Program-made: the position numbers and the translations under genes | Origin: a virus | Taxonomy: Duplodnaviria; Caudoviricetes | IMG/VR virus record: IMGVR_UViG_3300005805_000146 | Coordinates: 1-44,810 of that record | DNA length: 44,810 nt | Reading direction: 5' to 3' (one strand) | In this document: in pieces, positions 1-12,100 of the stretch | Numbering within the stretch: position 1 is the stretch's first letter | Layout of the letters: each line of letters begins with the position of its first letter | Notes under the pieces: generated by a model | The model's input: the letters and a program-made list of their open reading frames with translations, nothing else | The model's database searches: none | Told to the model about the DNA's origin: nothing

Positions 1-2
1 CT

Positions 3-2843
3 GCTGTTCCCACCCCTGCCCCCGCTGCGGTTGGTTCCGGCATGGTGAACACCGCGCCGGATATTTTAAAAAGCCCGTTAACAACACAACCAATCACGCC
101 TTCGGTTCCGGCAGGTACTACAGGTGCAGCATGGCCTCCAGCTCCTGCAGCAGCCCCTGCAAGTATCGTAGCGTCTGGCGGTACAGCAGGCGCGCCCAGC
201 GTGCTTGGTCAGATGGGCGGTGGCGTACAGAACTTGCTCAAAGACCCTGAAAAGCTAAAAGATTTTTTGGGTGATCAGAAGTTCAACCTGCTTTCGTCAT
301 TGGCATCTGCCGGTACGGAATACGGCGACGAAGAAGAAAAGAAAACTGCATCTGGCATCCCGCTTCAGACATATCAATACGCACCACGCTATGCGCCTTC
401 TGCACGGATTGCCGGTAGCACTGCAGAGCGTACTTACTTTGCTGCTGATGGCGGTCTGGCCTCTTTGGGTCCGGTGGAGAACATGTCGCAACAAAACGCG
501 ATGATGGACAACACACGCTACCCGATGGCTATGCAGAATACCCCTACGTACGCTAGCCCGGCAGAACGTCCCATTTCCCAGAACGTCATCTACCCTGCTA
601 CTGACGCAGCGGTTACGCCTTACAGCGGTACACAGTACATGGCTGAGGGCGGCATAGCTTTGCTGGCTGCTGGCGGTGCAACAAAGTCTGAATCGCAGAA
701 AGAAATTGAAAACCGCACAAAAGAATACAACCAGTGGATAACAGATCGTAATAAAGAAAAAACTGCGTACGAAAAAGAATTTGCCACTAATAGAAGTGCG
801 TTTGTCAAAGATTGGGACAACAGGATATCTTCGTTTAATCGGGAAACAAACACCGAGAAAGAAGCGCGGCAAAGAGAAATTAATAAAATAAAAGACAGGA
901 AAGAAAAAGCGCAAGCGCAGACGGAGCTTAACGCATGGAAAGCTGCGCGTGATGCTGAGTCTACCGGTTTGACTAAAGAACGTACACAAGCAACCAAAGA
1001 CTTTGATGCGCAGAAAACAAACTGGCTTAACGAATTTAATACTAATAAAACAAACTACACAAAAGAACATAACGCAACACTAGACTACCTGCGTTCGTAC
1101 GATTCAAACAAGTACACCGGGTATGAAGGTGGCATTAAAGGTGCGGACAAAACCGCACTAAATAAAGCGTATGACACCGAAATCGGCAAGCAAAAATCCG
1201 AAATGGACAAAGCTAAGCTGGCGCTCGACAATGCAAAACGCACTGGTATTCAGAGCGTAATTGATCGTGCGCAGGAAGAGTACGACCGTCAAGCAGGCGA
1301 CTACAACGCTGTTACAGAAGGTAAAAAAGCGGGGCTTGAAGAATTCCTGCAGTCCACCAAACGTACTGGCACGCTGGGTACACGCGGACAGTACACAACC
1401 AAGCTTGGCGATGTTGACGCTATCAAGAAAGAAATAGCGGACATTAAAGCTAACCCTGCGCAAAGCGGGGGTTACGGCGCTGCAACACTTTCTGCTGAAC
1501 AGCAAAACCGCGTCAAAGAACTGGAGTCAAAACTTACCGGCATGTCTGCGGCGGGGAAAGTGTACAACCCCAAGACCGGCCAGTACGAAACGCAAGAAGG
1601 CGAAAAGTTTCAGAAGCTTACCAAAGCGCCTTCGTTTGGCACTGCTAAGAAAATTATGGAAGAGGAAGACGTTATCAACATGTATGAGTACATGGCTGGT
1701 CGTCGTCCCACCGAGGGAGAGCTGGCAAAGTTTGTTGGCAAGTCGCTGTCTGAGGCGCAGTTAGCACAAAATGTTGGCGCTGTTGCTGAATTGGGCGCTG
1801 CTACCAAGTTTACTGACGACGATCTCAACGCGCAGGCTGAATACTACTGGGGTCGCCCGATGACCAAGGGTGAGCTGGCTTGGTATAAAGACCCGGCAAA
1901 CCGCATTAGCAACTTTAACCAGTTGCGCAATGCCATGACTAACAGCGCGGCGTTCCTGCAGAACGTCAACAAGATTAATCAGGCAGCGTTTGAGAAACAG
2001 CAGGCTGCGTCACAGATTGCGGCTGAAGGACCCGCCAGCATTGACCAGATCGGCTCCGCTTACCAAGACATTCTTGGCAAACCGCCTACCTTTGAGCAAC
2101 TGCAAGCCGCACGCTCGTCTGGTGTTACAGCTTCTCAGCTTGCGCAACAGCTAAAGAACTCGCCTGAGTACGCACAGAAAGCAACACAGCCGTTTGTGCC
2201 TGCTATACAGGCACCGAAAGTTACGCCCATATCGCAAGAGCAGATCAACGCTTATCGTCAGGCGTATAACGCTCCGGCTCCGCAAACACAGCCCGGCTTG
2301 GCTCCGCTGTTCTCGTCAGGCGCAGGTGGTGCAGGTGGCTATGCGTTTACTCCGCCGCAGCAGCAAGCGGCAATTGAAGGTGCGCTGCCCTATCAGGATG
2401 TGATTAACCGTTTGGGTATTGGTGGCGTGTACTCGCAGCTAACGCAGAAATTGCCTGAGATGCAGCCGGGTCTTCGGTTCGATTTGCCAGCGACGTATGC
2501 GCCGTTGGGTACGCCTCCTGCACAGATGGCTGCTGGCGGCGAGACTGGTGGTGAATATCATCTTGGCGACTATTCCGATGGTGGACGTTTGCTGAAAGGA
2601 CCCGGCGATGGAGTTAGTGATTCAATTCCTGCTTCTATTAATGGCAGGCGTCCTGCTCGTCTTGCTGATGGTGAGTTTGTAATTCCGGCGCGGATTGTGT
2701 CTGAGCTTGGCAACGGCTCCACCGAAGCAGGCGCACGCCAGCTTTACGCCATGATGGACAGAATCCAGAAGCGTCGTCGTAAAAGTATCGGAAAGGATAG
2801 GGTAGCTGTGGATAGCAAAGCCTCGCAAGTCTTACCTGCATGA
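3..2843 (+). CDS. Virion-associated protein (5'-truncated): Pro/Ala-rich segment, coiled coil, three DUF4214-like helical repeats, C-terminal GPGDGxSD...DGEFV domain
   Basis: Frame is open from base 3, upstream of the Met at 42. C-terminal GPGDGVSDSIPA...LADGEFVIPA motif is typical of phage virion proteins. Lies just before the GNAT/ejection genes. Confidence 0.7.
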   Translation, partial: AVPTPAPAAVGSGMVNTAPDILKSPLTTQPITPSVPAGTTGAAWPPAPAAAPASIVASGGTAGAPSVLGQMGGGVQNLLKDPEKLKDFLGDQKFNLLSSLASAGTEYGDEEEKKTASGIPLQTYQYAPRYAPSARIAGSTAERTYFAADGGLASLGPVENMSQQNAMMDNTRYPMAMQNTPTYASPAERPISQNVIYPATDAAVTPYSGTQYMAEGGIALLAAGGATKSESQKEIENRTKEYNQWITDRNKEKTAYEKEFATNRSAFVKDWDNRISSFNRETNTEKEARQREINKIKDRKEKAQAQTELNAWKAARDAESTGLTKERTQATKDFDAQKTNWLNEFNTNKTNYTKEHNATLDYLRSYDSNKYTGYEGGIKGADKTALNKAYDTEIGKQKSEMDKAKLALDNAKRTGIQSVIDRAQEEYDRQAGDYNAVTEGKKAGLEEFLQSTKRTGTLGTRGQYTTKLGDVDAIKKEIADIKANPAQSGGYGAATLSAEQQNRVKELESKLTGMSAAGKVYNPKTGQYETQEGEKFQKLTKAPSFGTAKKIMEEEDVINMYEYMAGRRPTEGELAKFVGKSLSEAQLAQNVGAVAELGAATKFTDDDLNAQAEYYWGRPMTKGELAWYKDPANRISNFNQLRNAMTNSAAFLQNVNKINQAAFEKQQAASQIAAEGPASIDQIGSAYQDILGKPPTFEQLQAARSSGVTASQLAQQLKNSPEYAQKATQPFVPAIQAPKVTPISQEQINAYRQAYNAPAPQTQPGLAPLFSSGAGGAGGYAFTPPQQQAAIEGALPYQDVINRLGIGGVYSQLTQKLPEMQPGLRFDLPATYAPLGTPPAQMAAGGETGGEYHLGDYSDGGRLLKGPGDGVSDSIPASINGRRPARLADGEFVIPARIVSELGNGSTEAGARQLYAMMDRIQKRRRKSIGKDRVAVDSKASQVLPA

Positions 2844-3292
2844 GCGATATTCGCTACATCAATGCAGATTTTTTGTCGTTTTTACCCGACTTAAAAATAC
2901 TGTTACCTGCGCATTATGAAGAGCTTTGCGTTACCAAAGATTTCCCCCTTGCGCCAGACTATGATGCATACGAACGGTTAGCTGAAGCAGGGCAGATAGT
3001 GTGTATTGTGTGTATGGACGGAGATGAACTTATTGGGTACATCATTTTTATAGTACAGCCGCACTTGCACTACAAAACATGTTTGACCGCATTTGAGGAT
3101 ATTTACTACTTGAAGCCGGAGTACCGCAAAGGACGCACAGGTATACGGATGTTCAAGTATGCAGAGGAAGTGTTGAAGTCGGTCGGGGTTAACCGCATTA
3201 TCATGCACACCAAAGTGCATCTGGATAACTCTCGGCTGTTTGAATACCTTGGCTACAAAAATAGTGACAAGTTATTCACAAAGATACTGTAG
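2840..3292 (+). CDS. GNAT-family acetyltransferase (positional analogue of P22 gp14 / T7 gp13)
   Basis: YYLKPEYRKGRTG acetyl-CoA loop and C-terminal LFEYLGY; ATGA overlap with the upstream gene. Confidence 0.85.
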   Translation: MSDIRYINADFLSFLPDLKILLPAHYEELCVTKDFPLAPDYDAYERLAEAGQIVCIVCMDGDELIGYIIFIVQPHLHYKTCLTAFEDIYYLKPEYRKGRTGIRMFKYAEEVLKSVGVNRIIMHTKVHLDNSRLFEYLGYKNSDKLFTKIL

Positions 3293-3300
3293 AGGCTACC

Positions 3301-4446
3301 ATGAATTATTCGCGCAGACAGCTTGAAGCTTTGGGAGAGCCGCTTGGTGAAGACGTAACACGTCTAAAACCCGGCGGTCGTATTTATGGTGGCGGCGGTG
3401 CGCCCAGCACGCCAAGCGCTACCACGCAGACCACGCTGACTTATCCGCAAGAGTTTCAGCCAATGGTGCGGGAGATGGCACAGCGTTCGCTGGCGCAAGC
3501 TTCTTCTCCGTATGTGGCGTATGGCGGACAGCGCATCGCTGGCTTTGACCCGTTGCAGCTAACTGCGCAGCAGGCAGTCGCCAACATCACCCCATCACAA
3601 CAGCTTGGTCCAGCCACGCAGTTTGCCTCTTCTGCTGGCATGAAGGCAGGCGACATCCAGTACACACCGATGGGCGTTCAGACCGGCAGCTTTACCCAGC
3701 CGGGGGTTGCTGGCGCTTACATGTCGCCGTACACGCAGAACGTTATAGATATTGGAGCGCGTGAAGCACGTCGCCAATCTGAAATTGAGCGCAATAAAAT
3801 GCAGGCTCAAGCCGTGGGTCAGGGGGCGTATGGTGGCTCCCGGCAGGCCATTGTTGAGGCAGAGCGCCAGCGTAATCTTGGGCAGCAAATCGGTGACATT
3901 CAGCAAAAAGGCCAGCAGGCGGCATACGAGCAGGCGCAGAACCTCTACAACATGGAGCAGCAGCGCGCACTGCAGGCTGCACAGCAAACAGAAACATCCC
4001 GCCAGTTTGGTGCGGGTCTTGGTCTTCAGGGTCTTCAGGCACAGCTACAAGCGTCAGGCCAGCTTGCCAATATTGGCGGACAACAGTTCCAGCAGCAGGC
4101 TGACATCATCAATGCGCTATCTGCCGCAGGCCAGCAGCGTCAGGCATTGGCGCAACAACAGTTGTCGCAGGACTATCAAGACTTTTTGACGCAGAAGCAG
4201 TTCCCATACCAGCAGCTTGCATTCATGGGCGAGATGCTAAAGGGTGTGCCACAGCAAACCACGCAACAGATTTACCAAGCACCACCCTCGTTGGTGTCGC
4301 AGCTTGGCGGTCTGGGTCTGGCAGCGTATGGTCTGTTTGGTCGTGGCAAAGCTGAAGGCGGCACGATTGATGAATACGAAGAAGAGCGCCCGGCAGGTCT
4401 GGGTGAGCTGGCATTGCGCAACGCTCAAATGAAAGCGCGGAGGTAA
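3301..4446 (+). CDS. Putative DNA ejection / internal virion protein 1 (gp7-like)
   Basis: Gln/Ala/Gly-rich; YMSPY and GAYGGSR motifs; N-terminal leader before GGGG; C-terminal hydrophobic GGLGLAAYGLF; follows the GNAT gene. Confidence 0.7.
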   Translation: MNYSRRQLEALGEPLGEDVTRLKPGGRIYGGGGAPSTPSATTQTTLTYPQEFQPMVREMAQRSLAQASSPYVAYGGQRIAGFDPLQLTAQQAVANITPSQQLGPATQFASSAGMKAGDIQYTPMGVQTGSFTQPGVAGAYMSPYTQNVIDIGAREARRQSEIERNKMQAQAVGQGAYGGSRQAIVEAERQRNLGQQIGDIQQKGQQAAYEQAQNLYNMEQQRALQAAQQTETSRQFGAGLGLQGLQAQLQASGQLANIGGQQFQQQADIINALSAAGQQRQALAQQQLSQDYQDFLTQKQFPYQQLAFMGEMLKGVPQQTTQQIYQAPPSLVSQLGGLGLAAYGLFGRGKAEGGTIDEYEEERPAGLGELALRNAQMKARR

Positions 4447-4447
4447 C

Positions 4448-6169
4448 ATGTCACTGGCTACACTACAAGGCGGTCGCGGCATTTCGTTTGACGACTATTT
4501 CAAGCAGGCGCTAAATCTTGATGTCTCCAAGCTGGAGGCAATCATCCGTGGGCAAGATCACTCCATGCCCATCGTAGCCGCTATGGCTGCGTATGAAGTC
4601 AAGAAACCTATGGCTACCGCTGCTGCAGGCCAGCAGGCACAACAGCAGCTACAACAGGCGCAGCCAACCGTACGTCAGAAGATGGAAAAAGAAATGGCCG
4701 GTCCTGCCATGATTCCTGACATGGCTATGCTGCAGCAACAGCGCATGGGTCCGCAGCCTCCGGTCTTGCCTGAACAGGGCGGCGTTGGCGCACTGCCTGC
4801 GCCTAATATGCAGGGTATGGCAATGGCGCACGGCGGCATCATTGCGTTTGATGATGGTGGATATATACCGGGATATGCTGGAGATGATGAAAATTTGGTT
4901 GAAGAAGAAACATCTTCGCCTGTTGGACGGTTTTTTACTGATTTATTTAGTGGTCCTGAAGGCGCACGTGAGCGTTATGCTGAACAGCAAAAAAGACTTA
5001 AAAAAGAACGTGAACTCGCAGCTAAAGAATTTGAGGCAACAGGTGGTGGGTTTAAACAGCAAACAAAAGCACAACGTGCTGAAGCAGAGCGTATAGCTAA
5101 AGAACGCAAAAAGTTAGCGGAACGTCCTCCAGCGCCTGCCGCAGTTCTAACTACTCCTCCCCCTGCTGCAATTAATGAATCAGCAGCAGAAACTGCAAGG
5201 CTACAACGCCAAGCTGCAACGCCTTCGCCAATTTCTACCGTTCGTTCTGGTGCTCCGAGCGTTCGCGGTGCTCCCGCACCTTCAACGCCAGATTCTGCTG
5301 GTCCCACGGGCATAGAAGGCATATTAGATGTACAGAAAAAATTAGCGGGACCTGCTGAAAAAGAGTTTCGTTCGTCACTGGCGGACTACGATAAAGCAGT
5401 GCAGACTGGCGTTGAAGCTTTGCGCAAAACGCGTGAACAAGGCAAGCCCACCGGTGAAGCGTATTCAAAACTGGAAACTTCTTTGCAGAAAGAAGAAGGC
5501 GAGGCCGCAGGCAAAGAAGAACGCAACTTGCGTATGGCACTGGTTAACGCTGGTCTGGCTATTGCTGGAGGTACATCACGTTATGCGCTTGAGAACATTG
5601 GCAAAGGTGCGCTGGTTGGCACCAAGCAGTACATGGACGGTATCGACAAGCTTGAAGCGGCTGCTAAGAAGCGTCAAGAAGCTATGGCAATGATTGAGCA
5701 AGCACGTCGTGCTGAAGCGCGTGATGACTGGAAAGCCAAAAACGAAGCAGAAGCTAAATATAAAGAACTTGAACTTAATGCCAAGAAAACCAGCATTGAG
5801 GGTTTGGGTAAAATATTCCAGCTCAATACTGAAGCTTCTACCACCCTGTACAACAACATGCAGACTAATGCTTCACGTGAGAAGATAGCTAGAGATACTA
5901 ACGCGGCGCATTTAGCAGGACAACGTATTATGGCTAACGCGTACGGGCAACGTAAAGACCCTTACGATACGGCGTGGGATAACGCTACAAAAGCTATGCA
6001 AGTGCAAATTTCTGCTAACCCCACGTTGTTAATGCAGTATCAACAAAATCCGCAGAAGTACCAAGCTGATTTTAATGCGCTTTTACAACAAGCGCTAAAT
6101 AGAACAACTGACGGTGCTATTATGCCGGGCGGTTCAGGTTTAAAATTTCTTGGCTTTGAGAAACAATAA
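4448..6169 (+). CDS. Putative DNA ejection / internal virion protein 2
   Basis: 573-aa helical protein with amphipathic ALVNAGLAIAGG segment; position in the ejection cluster. Confidence 0.6.
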   Translation: MSLATLQGGRGISFDDYFKQALNLDVSKLEAIIRGQDHSMPIVAAMAAYEVKKPMATAAAGQQAQQQLQQAQPTVRQKMEKEMAGPAMIPDMAMLQQQRMGPQPPVLPEQGGVGALPAPNMQGMAMAHGGIIAFDDGGYIPGYAGDDENLVEEETSSPVGRFFTDLFSGPEGARERYAEQQKRLKKERELAAKEFEATGGGFKQQTKAQRAEAERIAKERKKLAERPPAPAAVLTTPPPAAINESAAETARLQRQAATPSPISTVRSGAPSVRGAPAPSTPDSAGPTGIEGILDVQKKLAGPAEKEFRSSLADYDKAVQTGVEALRKTREQGKPTGEAYSKLETSLQKEEGEAAGKEERNLRMALVNAGLAIAGGTSRYALENIGKGALVGTKQYMDGIDKLEAAAKKRQEAMAMIEQARRAEARDDWKAKNEAEAKYKELELNAKKTSIEGLGKIFQLNTEASTTLYNNMQTNASREKIARDTNAAHLAGQRIMANAYGQRKDPYDTAWDNATKAMQVQISANPTLLMQYQQNPQKYQADFNALLQQALNRTTDGAIMPGGSGLKFLGFEKQ

Positions 6170-6172
6170 ATT

Positions 6173-9100
6173 ATGCCAATAGCACGCTTTCAATTGCCCG
6201 ACGGTAGGGTGGCACGCTACGAAGTGCCAGAAGGGACAACGCCTGAACAAGCGCAAGCAATGATTGCGCAGTCGTTAGGCATGCGAGAGGAAAAAGAACA
6301 AGCCCCTCGTCGTCCCGGTATTTTAGAAAGCGGTCTGGGCGGTCTTGAAAAACTTTTATCTTCTCAGCGTACCGCGCTGGCTACCCCGCTTGGTGCACAG
6401 GAAGCAGCGCGTGCTGGCCTTGAACGCGCTCGTGGGCTGGAAGAAAAATACCCGTCGCAGCTAAGCCTTGAAGCCGTAAAACAAATATACGAAAAAGAAG
6501 GGCTTCTTCCCGCTGCTGGCGAAGTGCTGCGGCAAACCCCCCATTTTATTGCTGAACAAGTTCCGCAACTGGGTGAAATGCTTGCCGGAGGTAGGCTAGG
6601 CGCGATGGCTGGCGCGCCTGCAGGCCCGGTGGGTGCGGGGGTAGGTGCTATTGCAGGTGCTGTGGCCCCCTTAATTTTGCAAGCATACGGCACCGGCGCA
6701 GAACGCCGGGAGTTAGAAGGGCTAGAGCCTGACGTAGTAAAAACAGGCGCAGCCGCGGTAGCTACTGCTGGAACTGAATTTGCCGCCACCATGATACCGC
6801 TGGGCGGCAAGCTGGTCAGCCGCATGGTAGGTTTGCCTGAACGAGCGTTAGGTGGCAAGCTGGCAGAAGAAAGCATGAAGAAAGCGCTGGCTAAAGGCGC
6901 TGCAGTTGGTGTTGCTGCTGAAGTTCCTGAAGAAGCGTTTCAACAGATGTTGGAGCGCTGGCAAGCCAACCTGCCCCTTACAAACGATGCCGCATTAAAA
7001 GAATACGCTGAAGCTGCGTATGGAGCCACATTGTTTGGTGGTCCGTTTGGTGCAGGCGCTCGCGCTGTTCAACGGGGTCAAGCACGCAAAGAAGTTGCCG
7101 CAGAAGAAGCTGCAGCAGCACGGGAAAAAACGCGTCAAGAACAAGAAAAGCAACGGGAGTATTTGCAGTCTGAAGAGTACTTGCTGGGCGCGGAAAGCAG
7201 AGCTGATGAGCTAATACAAGAACGCGACCGGTTAAAAGCAGAACGTGACGCTGCAGTTGGCAAACGTCCAAGCAAAAAAGATAAAGCAGGTCGGGCTGCG
7301 TACGATGAAACAGCAGAGCCTTACAACGAGAAACTGCGTGAGATATTTGCCGAGCTTAACCCTCTGCAGCAAACGCTTGCACGCAACAAAGACCGTATTG
7401 CGGAACTAAAAGAACAAGCGCGGTTAAGAAACCTTACCCCTGAAGAATATTTGCTGGAAGAAGCAGGCGCTACATTACCTGTTAAAAAAGAAACTAAAGC
7501 TGAAGCAGAAACACAAGCTGACGAAATAACTGCATGGTGGGAAAAAACAGGCAAAAAAGAAAAGAAAGAGCCTCGTCAACAAGCGCTGGATGATGCGCTT
7601 GAAGGACTACGTTATTTTGATCGCGTACAAAACCCACAAGATGTTGCTCAAGTTCTTGCTACTGACCCGGATTTAATTAACGGTGTGTTGTCAGGTGAGT
7701 TGGTAATTCCTGAATACGCGGCAAAAGAAGGCGCAAGAACACCTGAAGAAAAAGCAGACGCAAAACAAATAAAACAAAAACGTGCGTTGCTCAACGAATT
7801 GTTGCAACAATATAAAAAACGCGTTGGCGAAGTTATTGGGGGAAGACGCGAGGCCGGTTTACGTGCTGCAGAAAAAGAAACTGTACGGCAAGAATCTATT
7901 CGTGGAGAAGAAGCTGCGCTGCGTCGCATTGGTGAGCTTGACGTTGAACGTAGAAAAATGGGCAAAACCAGAACGCCTACTTCTATTTCCGCAACACTTG
8001 CCCAGATAACGTCTGAGCTGGAGGCCAAAGCTAAAGGCAAAGAACCAGCAGTATCAGTTAAGCAACTTGAAGAATCGCTGGCACAAGAAACGGGCAAAGC
8101 ACCGTCAGTGCTTACGGCTGTACAAAATGTTGTTGAAGAACGTGCACCAGAGTTTTACGGTAAGAAAGAGCCGGGGCAAAAAGCCACCCCGCTGGAAGAC
8201 ACTGCACTTGTTCAAAACTTGCGTCGATTAATGGCAAGCACAATTGCTAACGGTATTAAACAAGAAAAAACCGACGATGAAATTTACGACGCACTGGCGA
8301 GCAAAAAAGAAGGCATGTTGGGCGAAGCACTGCGCCCATACTCTGCTAAAGACAGAAAAGTTATTAAAGAAATAATAGCGCAAGCGCGTGAAGCAACAAC
8401 CGTAGTAGAACCGGAAGAAGAGGAAGAAAAATTAGGCGCTATCCCCGGCGTTGTAGGCGCGGCACCTGAAGGAGAGGTAGGAACACCCAGCCCACTAACT
8501 GCGCGGCGTCCGTATCAGCGCGCAGTCAAACAGCTAACAGAACGCGCAAACAGTTACGCAACGGCAAAAGATGCGGCATTACAAGAAATACAAGATTATA
8601 TTGATGATCTTGCACAAGACCGCACGTTGGAAGGCGCTCGTGCCAAAGAAGCTTCGTACACAAAAGACGCACTGAATAGGCGTATACGCGCAGCTAAGCA
8701 AGCATACACTGAAGCCGCAGTATATGAAGCTGCATATCGCAGACAGGCAGAAGGTCTACAACCGTTAACAAACCAGCAAGTAAAAATTGCTGCGAGTTTG
8801 TTCAACATGTATTTAAACCAGCTAATCCTGCCTCGCAAAGAAGCACAAAACAAATACAAAATTTTTGAACAGCTTGACACTGTATTTGATCGCTTGTCCA
8901 CGCAAGGTCCTGAGAAACGCCGTATTGAACCTGAAGGGGGTTTACGCAGGCAGGGCGCTGCCAGAGAGGCAGAACGTGTTGCAGAAGCGCGGGGAGAAAA
9001 AGAACCCACGTTGGGACGCGAGCTTGGTAAACGCGAAAAGTATGTGGCTAACATGGTGGAGCGTGTTCTACAAACGCGCGTGCCATCGCGGCAAATAGAA

Positions 9101-12100
9101 GGTGTACAAGGGGTACGTAAACAGGAGCTTGTGCCTGAGCTAGAACGTGCGTTTAATAAAGCGCTGGACGTTATTTACACTAACCGGTCTTCTCGTGAAC
9201 TGCTTGATGCTGTTGAAGATGCAGCAGATCGATCGCTGCGCGGACAAGATGTTACTGATGTTACTGCGCCTATTAATGAAGCACTGCGCACGCTAAGCAA
9301 AGTTGAAGAAGATGTAACAAAGCAAGCATCTCTGTTTGGTAAAAAAGAAGACATTGCCACTGTACGCGCTAACTTTACCAATTTTGCTAAATATCTACAA
9401 TCTAAAGAAGTGCAAGCTTTGCGGCAAGCGTTGCGTGAAGTTGAAGTAAATGATGTTGATTTAGACTTACGCAAAAAAATTGTTGATACGCTACGCGCAC
9501 AGGAAGTTGAACAACAACTCGATTTAATACGCTTTGCAGAAGAAGCTGGCGTAGATGTTGAGTACAGCAAAGATTTATCAAGAGCAGAAGATAGACTTCT
9601 TGCTACACAAACACGTCTTGCTAACGTAGAAAAAACTATTGCAAACGCAGCTAAAGAAAAACGTGAAAAGCAAAAAAAGCAGACACGTGCATGGCCGCTT
9701 GTTACTTTGATGACTGTAACAAAAGATTTGCAAGGACAAATTAAAGACTTAACAACTAGCACTGCTGAAAACATGGCAGAGCTAGAAAAACTTATTCGCG
9801 CAGAATACGGCAGAATAAAGTATGACGAAATTATTAATAACTTAGATGCTCAAATAAAAGATGCGCTTTTCTGGCGTGACAAAGCTAAACAACAACTTGA
9901 CAAAATTAATAAAACACTTCGTGGGCAAACGGAAATACCTGCTGTACAGCTTTTCTATAACGACGTTGTTATTTTAGGAAGAAAAGCAGAAGCGCTGCAA
10001 AACGAAATTGAACTGGCACGTGCAAAACAAAACTTGTTCTTTAACGAGAAATCGTTTTTTAATGCGCAAAAATATTACACTGAAGCCCAAGATGCCCTTA
10101 TTGAACTTGTTGGCAAAGGTTACAGCGAGACAAACACGCCTAGCGGGTTAAAGTTTAAACGCGATCTGCTTGAAACAGAGTTACGTCAAATTCGTAACAC
10201 GGTCAAAACAGACGCTAACGCGCAAAAACTAAAAACTGTTGCGGATAACAAAGTTGCGCAAATTAAAGACGTTAATGCGCAAATTGAAGAAGCGCAAGAA
10301 AAAATAAATAGCCTGCAAAAAGAAAGAGATTCATTGCGGGAAGAATTAATGCTGCCTGCGTTATTAGCAGCATCAGATAAACGCATTGTGGCAATGAAAG
10401 ACCGCATTGCCGTTTTAGAAAAACGTCTGCAAGACATTGACCTGCGTTCAAACGAACAGATAGCGGCTGAAAAAGAAGCTGCAGCGCTGCGGCAAAAAAT
10501 TGCCGTTGAAACAGCCGCCACTGAAAAAGTACAAAATGCGGCTAATGTTGCGCGCATGCGTGCAGAAGAGAACCTGCAGCAAGGGCTGGGGCTACCCGGC
10601 GGCATTTACGAACGGCAGCGTGCAACGCAGGCTATGAACCGGGTGCGGCGTGTATTAGCCGGTGAAGCTAAGCTAAAAGAAAAAATTGATGCGCTTAAAG
10701 ATGTTCTTGCAAAAGCGCCAAAAGAAAAAGAAGCTGCTTTACAGAAACGAATTGCCAAGGCTGAACGGCAACTTAACAAATACAGAACACAAGTTTTGAT
10801 GCCTGCGCAAGCCATTGCGCAAGAGGCCGGTATAAAAATACCTGCAGAAGTTACCGCCCCGTTTGGTAAACCGCCGGTTAAATCTAAGCCCGTTACTAAA
10901 GAGCGCGGCTTAATGAGTGAAGAAACAGCAGCAGAAGCCGCAGCACGCCGAGCTGAAGAAGCAACGCGGGAAGAAATTCCTGCAGAGTTAAAGCTGTCCC
11001 CGACCGAACAGGCCATAGCAGCGGCTGAAACCGCACGCATACTTACGCAGCAGGCCAAAGATACAAGGATTAAACCCACTAAACGCACACGCCCACAGCG
11101 TATTCGTAGCACTGCTGCGCAGGAAGAGTATGTACGCAGCTCCCCGCGCTATATTGCAGCCGTAAAAGAATATGGTCCTCGTAGCGTAGAAGCAGTACGT
11201 GCGGCTAAACAGTCTGGCGTTGAGTATTTTGTTAAGCTGGGTGCAGGGCTAACAGAAGGTGAATACGCCGGGAAAAAATCTACATTCCGCACACAGGTAG
11301 ATAAAGGCTTTGAACCGGTAAAAACAAAAGCTGCACAATTTAAAGAAAAAGATTTACAAAAAGCTATTAGCCAGTTTGTTGTCAGCAAAAAAGACGGTAC
11401 CGTGTTACGCCTTGGTGAGAAGGTAGTAACTAACCCTATTAGCAAAGAAGAAGCGCAAAAATTTGCAGCGCGGCTAAAGAGCAACCTGCCAAAAAACATC
11501 AAGTTCTACTACACGTATGACGTAACAGGCATACCAGAGCACATTCTGGCGCACATGCGTGAGCAAAAAGTTAACTTAGCTGATCCAGAATCTACGGTTA
11601 AGGGCGGCGTAACGCCTGATGGGTCTGTGCTCATTATTGGTAATCAGCATGAAAGTCTGCTTGATCTTGAAGTTACCGCTGCACACGAACTGATCGGCCA
11701 CTACGGTATTGACACCATGCTGGGTCGCAAAGGCATGCTGGGACTGCTTAATGCGGTGGAGAATAAAGCGGGAGGTATGTTAGGTTTTGCCCGTGAGCTA
11801 GGCGTTGAAAAGTATGTAGAAGAAATAAATGTTGCTACTGACAATTCAGTAGCGGCGGCACAAGCGCGGGGAGATAGCGCGGCTGATATACAGGATATAC
11901 GTGATAACGGACGTATGACCGCGCTGCGGGAAATGATTGCTCGTGTAGCTGAGCAACCTGTACTGGCAGGACAAACTACCGCACCAGCAAAAACACAAAC
12001 GGCAACAAACCGGATACAGGAGTTTATTAAAAAGATAATAGCGGCGTTACGTACGGCGCTAATAAAGTACGGTTTCTCAAAGTATATAGACTTGAGCACT

